Positions 28,400 to 41,989 of a stretch of DNA of 64,000 nucleotides are shown in pieces. The translations under genes and the position numbers were made by a program. Location of the stretch: positions 24,738,001-24,802,000 of the forward strand of contig OX597821.1 in NCBI GenBank assembly GCA_951406725.2. The letters run 5' to 3'. The stretch is from Octopus vulgaris (lineage: Eukaryota). Below the pieces are notes generated by a model, which was not told where the DNA came from, searched no databases, and was given only the letters and a program-made list of their open reading frames with translations. The first letter of the stretch is position 1; every line of letters starts with the position of its first letter.

Positions 28400-30040
28400 T
28401 ACCAAAAAGAAACAAACGACGACTGTATTTTTGTTGAAAGAAAGAACAAAAAATGAAGGGCCAATCTTTTCGAGAAAGATCTCATAAGTAGATCTTCGGA
28501 AAAACAACGGCTCCGTTTTCAATAACATTGTTCGAAACAAAAACACCAATTTTGAAAATGTAAACAATGAGACCCCTTTCGTGAGTGAAGCAACAGGCGA
28601 GTTGAGTACAAGTAACAACAGCAACAACAATATCAGCAGCACCATCAACAACCACAAGAACAACAATAACAACAACAATAATGGCAGCAGCAAAAGCAAC
28701 AACAACAATGATAAAATCAATGAAGGAGCTGAGACACAAACCGACGCAACGGCTCGAAATAGCTCTTCTAAACTTTCTTTCACTGGAGCAGCCAAGTCAT
28801 CTCTTCAGAGAATACAATTATCTAAAGAGGAACTTCAAAATGCTAGACAGCGAGTCGAGAGAGACGGAATAGCTGTAAAGTTACTTGCCCCTCTGAGACA
28901 ATCCAGGATACGATACACCGCACAGTGACGTACCATACAATCGGTTTAAAATCAAGAAGGGTGGAAAGAGCCACAGATGTTCCGTCTGGAATCTAAAAAA
29001 ATGTATACAGAGGGGAAGGGCCTATAGAATGGTGGACGTTCGTTTCTGTACCGAGGAAGACGCCAAACATCACTCGCTGAATCCCCTAAAAAGTGAGGAG
29101 CAGTTGTTAGCTAATTTCTACCGCGGCCAGAGACTGGCCATACTCGTCATTCAACAGGTACTCCAGAAAAAGCCATTCCTTGGCTAATTGCTGCACTGAC
29201 GATAGACATCGAGGAAAACTCAAAAATCCTCGAACCCTATCAGACCCAAAAGAACTGGTCCGGGATGATCATAGAACTTCTTATACAAACGACAAAAAAG
29301 AATGTAGATCTCATTGCCCTTATTCTAAATATATGCTGGAGGCAGCATAATTCCAGTCAGCGTAGATGGAAGGAAAGCAAAGTGCCACATTTGCTTTTCA
29401 AGTAACCATTTAAAAGCTTTCTGTCCTAGATTGAAGGGAAAAGAGAGGCGGGCACCTCTCCTCCCTACACCAACAACGGCCACCAGAACTCCAGCGACAA
29501 CAACAGCAGATTCAGCCGTGGCACCACCACCACCAACAACCACACTGACACCGTGTTTCCCCAAACCCTAAAATATTCCACTTCTCGGTACAGAGCGAGT
29601 AGACACCATAGGTGGAGAGTCGGACTGCGACGAGGAGTGGAAGTCGAAAACTAAAAAAAAAAAGGGAAAAAAAGACAGAAAGAAAAACAAACATATGGAC
29701 AAACAACAACAATCCTCATGTATAAGTAGAAAGAAAAAATCAAAACAACAAAAACAAATACACCCAAAACAAACACTGCATCGACACCAACTCCAACATC
29801 TGAAACAAGCCATTCCACACACATAATAACACACCCAAACGTTACACCAAAAGATTTTGTCACACCCACAAACTCCCTACCTCCACACACAAATCATTCA
29901 AACAACAGAAAACACATACACACATTTAAAAACCCAATTCCCACAGGAAGAATTCTTGGTGATTTACTGTTGGAAACACTCCAAGCCAACAGGTGGGACA
30001 GGCAATCCACCCCTCCAAAAAAAAAACAAGTAAGTTTCCC
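28400..30040 (+). mobile_element. Tx1/L1-clade LINE ORF1 remnant (gag-like zinc knuckle)
   Basis: 29348-29430 reads IIPVSVDGRKAKCHICFSSNHLKAFCP (C-x2-C-x4-H-x4-C); upstream MVDVRFCTEEDAK resembles the ORF1 at 55300-55800; frameshifted. Confidence 0.78.
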
Positions 30041-30057
30041 TTTTCGTTTCTTTTCTT

Positions 30058-30661
30058 ATTTCTTTATTGCCCAAAAGGGGCTAAACGTAGAGGGGACAAA
30101 CAATGTCAGATATAGGGATTAAGTCGATTACATCGACCCCAGTGCGTAACTGGTACTTAATTTATCGACCCCGAAAGCATGAAAGGCAAAATCGACCTCG
30201 GTGGAATTTGAACTCAGAACGTAATAGCAGACGAAATACCTATTTCTTTACTACCCACAAGGGGCTAAACACAGGGGGAACAAACAAGGACAGACAAACG
30301 GATTAAGTCGATTATATCGACTCCAGTGCGTAACTGGTACTTATTTAATCGACCCCGAAAGGATGAAAGGCAAAGTCGACCTCGACGGAATTTGAACTCA
30401 GAACGTAATGGCAGACGAAATACCTATTTCTATTTCTTTACTACCAACAAGGAGCTAAACACAGAGGAGACAAACAAGGACAGACAAAAGGATTAAGTCG
30501 ATTATATCGACCCCAGTGCGTAACTGGTACTTAATTTATCGACCCCGAAAGGATGAAAGGCAAAGTCGACCTCGGCGGAATTTGAACTCAGAACGTAACG
30601 GCAGACGAAATACCGCTAAGCATTTCACTCGGCACGTTAACGTTTCTGCCAGTTCGCCGCC
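30058..30661 (-). mobile_element. Family B SINE with one head and three tandem bodies, single TSD
   Basis: Three ~180-bp bodies joined at gaaatacc|tatttc; head only at ~30615-30661; flanks ttttcgtttcttttctt (30041-30057) and ttttcgtgtcttttctt (30662-30678). Confidence 0.88.
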
Positions 30662-30679
30662 TTTTCGTGTCTTTTCTTT

Positions 30680-31735
30680 TTCCTACAACGTGGTCGTATA
30701 CAGAATAGGCAGCGTGAATGTACGATGCCTGTGGTCGCCTTGGAAGCGGTGTCACTTGCTCAACAACCTCAGGGAACTGGATATCGACGTGGTGGCCATT
30801 AGTGAGACCAGAATTTCCGACTCATGGGATTTGTGATCTATTTTCGGTGACTATGAGGTGTGGTGTACGTATCTCCAAGTCGTTCGGGAGCGGGAGGCGA
30901 AGTCTGCGTGATGGTCTACAGATGATCTTCCTCCGTGATGGATCTTACAATACGGACGATCTTCTTCGGTCCGGAAGGTAAGTCGATGGTCCTGGACGTA
31001 GCGGATAGCGAAAGACATACTTTCAGGCTAGTTACCGTCTATGCCTCGACAGGGGTAGGATGACCAGATTTCTTCAGACGTGTGGAAACTTTCCTGGGAA
31101 CTGATCTGTACTGTCGACTTAGACAGACTTCATAGATAGGGACCCAGTTACTGGAAGCTGAACACTTCGTTGCCTACGCGTAAAGCTTTCAGAGACCGGA
31201 TTAGTGAACTAAGTAAGAGGGCGTTGACGGGGGCAATAACCAACAATAAATGGTGGTTCATCTTGAAAAGGGCAATTTGAAAAGAATCGATAAGATTTAG
31301 CAAATGACTAGCAGTAGGAAGTAACAGAGTAGAAGCATAGCTCGTCAAGAAGTTAGAAGAGGCTTTTAGAAAAGACATGGCGACCGACGTGCTCGCAGTG
31401 ATGTTGGCACTCGACCAATTCTTCAACGTGAAACATGCAGGTTGAGTTGTCAGAGCTAAGGCACGAACACTTAGACAAGAAGGGACGAGAGCCATTCAAT
31501 TGGACCGAGTGGCAGAGGCACGGTGTGGAAATAAATCCACGATCTCCAAATGATAACTGATCCGAGACAGATGTGTGTAGCCTTTCAGCGGCGCTTCGCT
31601 CAACTGTTCAGGAGCAGCGGTCAGCCGGGTCGCAGGATGGATTTCACGTCCTACCTCGACGGGTTGCCGTGGCTCTCGGCGACGGAGGAAGAGCGCTGCG
31701 AAAAGTCGATAACAGCCTTTGAAATACGGTAAGCA
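30680..31735 (+). mobile_element. Tx1/L1-clade ORF2 remnant (APE endonuclease and linker)
   Basis: YRIGSVNVRCL...LNNLRELDIDVVAISETRI (APE N-terminus), FRLVTVYAS, MCVAFQRRFAQLF; stops and deletions. Confidence 0.85.
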
Positions 31736-32686
31736 ATTGCTTGAGAAAATACTTTTCTTAATTGTACACTATCTTACAAAAACTATATCAGCTGAGCAAA
31801 TAACCTCTTTATGCATTAAAAACACTATAGCATATTCAGGAAACTATTTCAGAAAATTGTTTCCGCTTTTTTTCTGTTTTTTTTTTTCTTTTCTTTTTTT
31901 TTTTTTGAGAACAAAACACAAATTTAGATGGGCAAAATGAGTAAAACAAAGTAAGGTAAATTTGCCTCTTCACTTTTACAGAATTACATTTGTAAAAAAG
32001 ACTCATACACACCAGTACCCATCCTTGGACATTAGAAAGATCATAAATGCAACAAAAAATTTTAATATCTAGGTCAAATGAAAGAGGATCTTGGAAAAAC
32101 GGCACATGATATGAACTGACGAAACTTCACTAAATCTAAAAGCTCAACATAAGATATTCTCTATAGCTTCTTCACAATCTGCTGGTGTAACTCTCTGACT
32201 GACACGTTTACGTACCATACTGTTAAAGAGAAATTATTGACATCAGTCATTACTTATTTTACCTCACTTTAGACGCTGTTGAAAATTGAAAATTATCAAA
32301 TTAGACATTACTGTGGGTGGGGAAATTGACTTGGAATCCAACAGAGAAAAGAACTTTGATTGTTAGACACCAAACATTATCCAGATATTTCATTATCAAC
32401 CTCAATTAAAATCGGGTCAAATTTTAGAAAATATTTCCTGAAAAGATAAAATGTATCTGTCAGCTGACTATGGTTCAAATTCTCTCAACCTCAACAACTA
32501 TGTAGACCAATTTTTACTCCTAAAGATGGTGTACCAGTACAAAATGATGATGCAATACTTGCAATGTTATTGTTCCAAACTGACAAAAAAAAAAAAGAAA
32601 AAAATACCCATTTTGCTCCATTATTAAAATGTCAACAAAATGTTTCTCAACTATTCTCTTTTTCTTTCATTTCTCTCTCTAATAAA

Positions 32687-32740
<54 letters not shown>

Positions 32741-33099
32741 CCGTTCATTTTGTTTTTTAATACTTATCATCTGTCATTATATCAAGTTCATCTCACGCTT
32801 ATATTAATCTATACCTATTTTAAATCTAAACCTATGATAACTGAGATAATAAAATTCTGCAAAGCGGTCTTCGAATTTTAATAGTGAAAAGATCGCGAAC
32901 GGAAAAAAATAAGTAGTTTCATGCCTATATCTTATTCTTATCTTATCGAAAACGAGATCTTTCTGTTCACTTACGGCACATTGTTGGCGATTAAGTCTCA
33001 TTAACTCTCCCTAAAAAATACTCTACACAAACTTCGGATTAATCTGTTCACTAAAGGTAAACGCTCTATCCTAATTCTTGCCGCAAGTCTATGGCCCGT

Positions 33100-34400
33100 T
33101 TCATCACGTCACTTTCTCCCCTTTTTTGCACACCTAATAAAATTTACTGAAAAGTGGCACTCTCATCTCCATCCTCACCTATTTTCACATGGTTCTTTGA
33201 AGAATTTGATGAAGATTTAGTCTGAGAGTAGAATACTTGGTTTAAATTTCATAACTTTTTTCGCTATAACCAAGTAGACAGTATACATCTTCTATTGTGG
33301 AAGTTCCTTGGCAACAGCTTTCAGACAGGAAAATTTCCTGCTCGTCCTTACGAAAGGAAGACGATAGATTGTTATACGCGATAAATTCATTTGATAACCT
33401 GATCCAACTCACACATAACAGCAGTAATACATGGACACTGACTGAAAGAGAGAGTGCCAAACGGCTACGGTACTTTCTACCATCTCGAACAGTTTCAATT
33501 GCTCTCAGGTCCTGTACAGTCCATCCGGTGACTAAGCACGATTCTCTTGTAACCATACTTCTTAAGACATTTTTAGAAATTGTCCATAATCATAATTCTT
33601 TACAAGAAAGTCCTCCAGGTGAAACTATTCAGACTGTTCCCGTCAATGTCCAGGATTGCTCCCAGTTATCATTACCTATATCCATAAGTAACCCTTTTAT
33701 AGAATACAATATTTGTGGTTCTACGGACCATATTTTTTAGCTGATAAAGTGCAGTGAGAATCTAACAACATTCCATATGCAATACGCCCCATCAGTCTAT
33801 TCTTAACCCAGAACTGCAGCTCGATCAACAAGACAAGCCGTTAGAAGACGTGCCGCTCAAAGAGCGACCACACCTTTTCTTTGTTCTCGTTGTCGAGGAA
33901 TCCCTATAGATGTGTCAACCATAGCAAGTATTTGTATTTCATCATCATCCCTGTCATACCGGAACACTTCGTAGGGGATGTTGATAACAGTTAGGCGTTT
34001 GGCTAGCGGAACCTGTCCCTTTTCACAGGAAGCAAAAGAAAATATCCCCCAGTTTAGTTAGATACCACTTGGGACAAGGTGCAACCGTCAGACGATAGTA
34101 CACCACCGAAGCAATGCAGGCTTCAGCCATTTATGCTTGATATTTCAAGAACAGATTTTTTTTTCCCCACTTCTGAGTAAGATTGGCCAGGATGCTCATG
34201 ACTTCTTTCAAGTTTTTCTTCTCCTGGAGGTTTGGTCTTAAGTAGACCCCGAGTACATAACGGTATCTTCGGAACAAAAACAGAAGCCGTCACCTCGCAT
34301 GGACTAGCTTCTCCAAGTAGAAAGTCGCAAACCCTTCAACTTTGTTCTAGTTAATGCTTAGACCAGTCATTTCCTTGTTCTCTAGAAAGGTCCACGTATG
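33100..34400 (-). mobile_element. Degenerate Tx1/L1 RT C-terminal remnant
   Basis: Minus strand KEMTGLSIN*NKVEG and YVLGVY (RT domains 6-7 pattern). Confidence 0.6.
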
Positions 34401-35114
34401 CAGAAAAAGAAACATTGAAACAATGAATAACACTATTATTGTTGGTTCTACTTTAATAAGGGTATCCAGACGACGTCGTTTGGGCGTGAAGTGTGCGGCA
34501 TATTCTTGTCTTTTTAGTCTACCGTAAATGATTGGTGATGAATGAGCTAGAAGCTGAAGCGTATCACGTGGGCAGCGTCGTTATAACTGGTGTCACATGG
34601 ATGGTGGCGGTGAAAAAGGAAGGGTTGTTGAAAGTTAAAGATAAATAAATAGAGGCAAACTAAATTGAGAGAGGAAAGCGTTGATGGAAATAGTAACAAA
34701 TATATAGAAAGAATAGGTTGAAGTAGAATGTGTAATAAGAGAAAAAGGCTAAAAGAAACGTTTGTGGAAAAGGGAAGACGAGGAAAAGGTAGAGTAAAAG
34801 TAGCGAGAAAGGGAAGGGTTACAGAAACGAGAGACAGAGACAGAGAAAGAGAGAGAGTGGTGAATTTAAGAGTAGTGATCAGAGAAAAAATGACAGTAGT
34901 GAAGAAAATATAGAGGCAGTTTGGTGAAGGTGTGTCTGAGGAGGAAAGAGAATGAGATAAAACAAGGGAGACATAACTGAATGAGAAGCAGTAGGAAAAA
35001 AGACACAATAAAACCTGCACCGAGGAATCGAAAGATAAAGACAAGGGAGATAAGAATGTGGGTAAGAAGCGGCAGAAACGATGATACATGTTTGTAATAT
35101 AAAGAGTAAGATCA

Positions 35115-35670
35115 GAAATTTGTGGGGAGAGGTTAATCGATTTCATTAATTCAGTACATGACTGGTATTTTATTTTATCGACCCCGAAGGATGAAAGACA
35201 AAGTTGACCTCGGTGGGATTTGAACTCAGAATGAAAATAATCGGGACAATACAGCAAAGTATCATTCCGATGTTTTAAATATTCTACCAGCTCACCGGCT
35301 TAATAATAATAATAATAATCCTTTCTAGAAGAGGTAAGAGTCCTGAATTTTTGGAGGAGGAGGTTGGTCGATTATATCGCCACCAGTAACTGATGGTACT
35401 TAATTTATCAATTCCAAAAGGATGAAAGGCAAGGTTGATCTCGGTGGAATTTGAACTCGGAACGTAATGAGCTGGAAGAAATGCCGCTAAACATTTTGTC
35501 CGATGTGCTAACGATTTTGCTACTCCGCTGCTCTTCACCACCTTAATAATTCTATCAAATTTTAGCACAAGGCCAACAGTTTTTGTGGGAAGGGTTTAGT
35601 TGATTATATCGACCCCAGTGCTCAACTGGTACTTATTTCATCGACTCCAAAGAGATGAAAGACAAAGTTA
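35115..35670 (-). mobile_element. Cluster of three degenerate family B SINE copies
   Basis: Repeated tcgacccc..ggatgaaag..aagttgacctcggtgg..tttgaactc blocks. Confidence 0.8.
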
Positions 35671-35859
35671 GGGACATCAAGGATTATAAGAAAAGTCCGC
35701 GATATCTAAAGAAACTGCTTGTGGCCTAGTATCAAGGGCATTGATTCTGAATGTAAAACATTCGCGCACACCATGAATAATAATAATAATGATAATGCCT
35801 CTTTTATTTCTTCACAGATGTATACTCAGAATTGGTTATTTCACACTGACCATTCTTCC

Positions 35860-36282
35860 AACATTCACCCACCTTTCACCAAACTTGCTACAAGGCAACA
35901 CTTCCCTCTCTACTCTCACTTTCCTCTTCAAGTGGAACTTCAAGAAGTTGGTGAGGGCTTGGCCAAAGAGGAAAATGTCTGACTTTAGCCCTTTCAAACG
36001 AATTCACCATACTACCTCTTTCGCTACAGCCACCAGACAAATAAAATTGGCCTGCCCCTCCCGGCCAAAGGAGGGCGGCGGGGCAATCTTCACTGTGAAT
36101 TTAGCTGATAGCCGGATCCGTCTTTATATCCGTGTTCGATATAAACCCACAGGTCAGCAATGCTTGGGCAGTGGACGAGGGCGTGGAGAACAGTTTCGTC
36201 GATCTGCGCGCACGTCGGGCAGGCCCGGCTGACGGCACTTCCGTGCTTGTAAAGTTTATCCCGAACGGGCAGTACCACTCTG
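35860..36282 (-). mobile_element. Tx1-clade ORF2 3' end (zf-RVT domain)
   Basis: LPVRDKLYKHG...CPTCAQIDETVLHALVHCP (ORF 36090-36278), then LVAVAKEVVW..FLKFHLKRKVRVER; same family as 41556-41985. Confidence 0.88.
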
Positions 36283-36289
36283 TAGCACT

Positions 36290-36546
36290 ACCTAACCCTA
36301 ACCCTAAAACCCTAACCCTAACACCCTAACCCTAAAACCCTAACCCTAAAACCTTAACCCTAACCCTAAAACCCTAACCCTAAAACCCTAACCCTAAAAC
36401 CCTAACCCTAAAACCCTAACCCTAACCCGAAAATCCTAACCCTAAAACCCTAACCCTAAAACCCTAACCCTAAAACCCTAACCCTAACCCGAAAACCCTA
36501 ACCCTAACCCTAACCCGAAAATTCTAACCCCAACCCTAAAACCTTA
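36290..36546. repeat. Interstitial telomere-like array (CCCTAA / CCCTAAA, ~13-bp period)
   Basis: Direct reading: accctaaaaccctaaccctaaaaccctaa... Confidence 0.95.
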
Positions 36547-36817
36547 AAGTTAAAACCAGTACAAACGCACGAACGCTGTCATAAATAACAGTGACAAACG
36601 AAAAATACACCGGCGATAGTTGTTGTTGACATTGATTGGTTGAAATTACCGAAATACGACTACTTTAACGTGAAATAACTTCGTAAATATAAGCTTTTCT
36701 CAAAAATACTGAGAGTAAAAGATGTTTATATGACACATTCTACCAGTGTCCGAAGTTTGAAACTGTTTAGTTACAAAAAATTATTTTTTAAATCTGTAGG
36801 TCAAAAAGTAAAGATCT
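36547..36817. mobile_element. One arm of the GGATC-ended MITE family, continuous with the telomere-like array
   Basis: attgattggttgaaattacc...cacattctaccagtgtccgaagtttgaaactgtttagtt matches 27280-27420 and the reverse complement of 8090-8220; ends aaagatct. Confidence 0.78.
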
Positions 36818-36867
36818 GCCCTTCTTTTATACTAAGATAAAACATGTACATGATAACACTTCAGACG

Positions 36868-36925
<58 letters not shown>

Positions 36926-37194
36926 AAGGCGGCGAGCTGGCAGAATCGTTAGCATTTCGCCTGTCGTAACGCTGTGAGTTCAAATTCTGCCGAGGTCGAC
37001 TTTGCCTTTCATTCTTTCGGGGTCGATAAATTAAGTACCAGTCAAACACTGGGGTCGATGTAATCAATTATCCCCCTCCCCCAAATTGATAACCTGATCC
37101 AACTCACACATAACAGCAGTAATACATGGACACTGACTGAAAGAGAGAGTGCCAAACGGCTACGGTACTTTCTACCATCTCGAAAGTAGAAAGG

Positions 37195-37230
<36 letters not shown>
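36926..37230 (+). mobile_element. Family B SINE interrupted near its tail by a 99-bp insert
   Basis: aaggcggcgagctggcagaatcgttagc head, gagttcaaattc B-box; (ATT)n on both sides. Confidence 0.85.
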
Positions 37231-37288
<58 letters not shown>

Positions 37289-38311
37289 ATATAGCCGTCG
37301 TCATCGCAAACATCGTTAATTGCCATCATCAACAATCAAACGCATCGTTTTGCAACATTGGATTAATGGGAACACATATATTTACTTTCCTTGACATCTA
37401 TTAAACCAATTTGACCAAACTTAGCTCTCGCTTTAAAATGAAATGAATAATTCAGGCGAATTGTCCCAAAGATTCAGTCTCGACCTAAGTGTTAATTCTA
37501 GCCTACACCTCACTTGGAACAATCAATTAGGATTATTTACATAAAATATAATATTTAAAATACAATATTTAAGACAAAAACAACAGAACGACGGCGTGGT
37601 ATGATACAGTAGGTGGACCGCGCGTGGTTTTATTAGTGGTAGGTTGTTTAAACACATGTCTGCGGTAAATTATTACACTTAAGTCCATCCATAGAACTCC
37701 AACCGTGTAATATAGCAATATACCAGTAAATTATAAGATAAATGTCTCCTGAACGCTGCTTCGTAGTTAAGACTGTGACCAGTGACCCATGCCCGTCACA
37801 ATAATGGATCGCGACAGGATTTGTATTTAGTAAGACTAATGAGGGGATTGACGCACGGTTGCTGTCAACATTGAGATGATTTGTCGTAGTTGGCTGATTG
37901 TCTCGCTGACTGGTTTGTTCGTTGGTTGGTTGGTTGGCTGGTTGGTCGGCCATCGCTAGTTACTCGTTTTACTTTTCTGCCGGCGGGGGGAAAAACGCAT
38001 TGATATGATGATTTGTTTAGTGAGGTCTTTAGTAAAATGTACATTGGTAAGGCCAAGTAGGGAGGACGTTTTTAGGGTCAGAGTAAAGAACTGCCGTTAA
38101 AAATGCCTGTGTGTGATATGATTTCATTCAAGATGAAAAAAAAATGTGAAAGTGGAAGAGAGGAACGATGTTATAGAAGCCATTTTGTAAGCAACTCATA
38201 AGTCTTTACTAAGATGACAGTCGACAGATCGGACAATGTTCAATGAATTCTTTTATCATTATTTTTAAATATCTGCCCGTACATATTTATGTGCGACAAG
38301 TTACAGACACG

Positions 38312-38359
<48 letters not shown>

Positions 38360-38759
38360 GTTAATGCATGTATACATACATACATACATACATACATACA
38401 TACATACATACATACATAACAGAGACTTATATGCTATTATAGACATACACCCCAAAACGCACATACAGCATACACAAACCCAATTAGGCAAGTTAACGCA
38501 AATGTATGAGTGCACAAAATGATGGTTTAAACATTTACATACGCACACGCGCATGCAAACACAGACACACACACGCACATACACACACGCACATACACAC
38601 ACGCACATGCACACATATGCACGCGCACAAACGAATACGCGTTCACACGTACACACACGCACGGACACACGCACACACACGCGCACGCGCACGTAAAGTA
38701 AAATAAATCAGTAGACAGAAAATGTATTACATACATTTCTTCTTATTGTTATTACTTGG

Positions 38760-40054
38760 TGGTGGTCCTCAAGGCAGCTGGTTTCGAGACTGTATTCAGA
38801 TGCTGGATCGCTACAATGCACAGTGACATGTTCAGCGGTCAGAGTTAACGGTTACCTCTCAGAGCCGTTCAACATCATGCACTCGGTCCGGCAAGGTTGT
38901 CCCCTCTCGTCTCTCTTGTACGTACCTGGTTAAGGTCAAACAACTGACAAGCAAATCTGTGGTATTGAGCAGAATATTTGCTGTAGCCCATCTTTTATAC
39001 CAAGACAAAACAAAGTACATGATAACACTTCCAATCAGTTAAGATCAGAAGCCATGAGAGCTACTGTCTGGTACTGCATCAGGGCATTTGAGTGAGAGAG
39101 CAGTGCAAGCCATCAACACAAAATGAAGGCGTTGAGAGGCATCCCACGTGACCTTGGATGTGGGAGATGCGTGTCGGCATATGCCGACAATGTCACAGTA
39201 GTGGTGTCCGATCATAAACACGTAGAAATGATCAGCACCCCACTCAAAGACTACAAAGCGGTTTCGGGAGCGACAGTTAACCAGCAAAAATCAGTGGGCT
39301 TGCGGTTCGGCACCTGAAGAAGCAAGTCCATGCCATCCAACTGAGTCGTTAGTCGCTGGACGGACGGACCAGTTAAATTGCTCGGGGTCTGGTTCGGTCC
39401 GGACCTCCCGATGGACAAAAAGTGGGACGAGGTAACAAGCAGGGTGCCTACTCTCACCTAGAAATGGGCCGAGAGAAAGCTATCCCCGAAAGGTCGGGCG
39501 AAGGTGGCTAATGTGTATATCGCATCGGTCATCTACTATCGCTTGACCGTCGTGCCTTGTCCTGGCCATCGTCTGATTACGCTGGAGCGTACACTCTTCC
39601 GCTTTTTGTGGAAGGGACGCGTCCCGATGGTCAGGCGGTGTATCTACTGTTAATACTCGCTGCGTGGTGACCTGAGCATCCCGTGGTTTATCATGTACAG
39701 ACATGCACTGATACTACGACATCTCCAGGGCTTCTTTGACGGTAAACAGGTGTGGTCGCCGTTCGCCAGACGCGTATTTCCGCAGCAAGTTTCTTTAGCA
39801 GAGCTGCAGTCCTGGGAGAGCATTTGGAAAACAGTATGTCTTTGAGCGCTCACACCGCATAGCCAATCGGACAGTGCGGTAGGTGGAATATCCACTTTAG
39901 CTTTTTATAGAAGATTAGTGGAGGACAAATGCGACAACGTTCTTGGGGAGATCTTCGGTGTCGAAGGTCGACTAGTCGCTCTTTTCCGGAGAACTTTCAG
40001 GCCGGGGGCGATGGGTAATTTTCAAAAATCTCTGGCCTGGCAGTGCTACCGGGG

Positions 40055-40055
<1 letters not shown>
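38760..40055 (+). mobile_element. Tx1-clade reverse transcriptase remnant
   Basis: VNGYLSEPF...[52 protein letters not shown]; interrupted at ~38926-39090 by a non-coding insert. Confidence 0.9.
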
Positions 40056-41390
<1,335 letters not shown>

Positions 41391-41555
41391 ATGCAATCCT
41401 CAGTTTCTTTTTGCTCCGACAATTCTCTACAATCATTTTATTTATTTATTGTTGTTGTTGTTCCAATGGTCAGGCAGTCAGTCTGTTGCCAGCATACTCC
41501 GAGTGGCAGATTAGGTATGCCGTGACTCCTAATGCGCAGACACGCTTTTAGGTTT

Positions 41556-41985
41556 CGTCACCTGCAACGATTTCTAGATGGTGAGAGTGCGTGGGTTCCA
41601 TTTATGAAGCCCGTCTTTCCGCAGTCGTTACCTTGACGAAGCTGCAGTCCTGGGTGAAGAAAAGACCGAAACTGGTGGCAATGGGATCTGTAGTGATGAT
41701 CGCAAGGCCACCCTCTTTCAATCGAGCTGGCAAGGCAGTTTTCATTTGCCTGGTGGCTGTGATGAAAGAGATTGTTTGGTGGATAAGGATGAAAGGCATG
41801 AAGACAGATACATCCCTCATTGGTAAAGACCTCATTGACTTTTTCAAGTTTCACTTAGAAAGGAAATTGAGAGTGGAGAAGGGGGTGCTGTCCTTGAGTG
41901 AGTTTATTGAAAGGTGAGCGAAAGTTTTGAAAATGGCAAGAGTGGATAGTACCTTTCTAAGTGTAGACCTGCTCCACCCTCATTG
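41556..41985 (+). mobile_element. Tx1-clade ORF2 3' end (probable continuation of 38760-40055)
   Basis: ORF 41591-41917 LVAVMKEIVWW...FFKFHLERKLRVEK. Confidence 0.8.
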
Positions 41986-41989
41986 CAAA

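Noticed and set aside
36290-36546. True telomere or chromosome-fusion scar
   Set aside because: Short, degenerate, single orientation, and continuous with a MITE arm.
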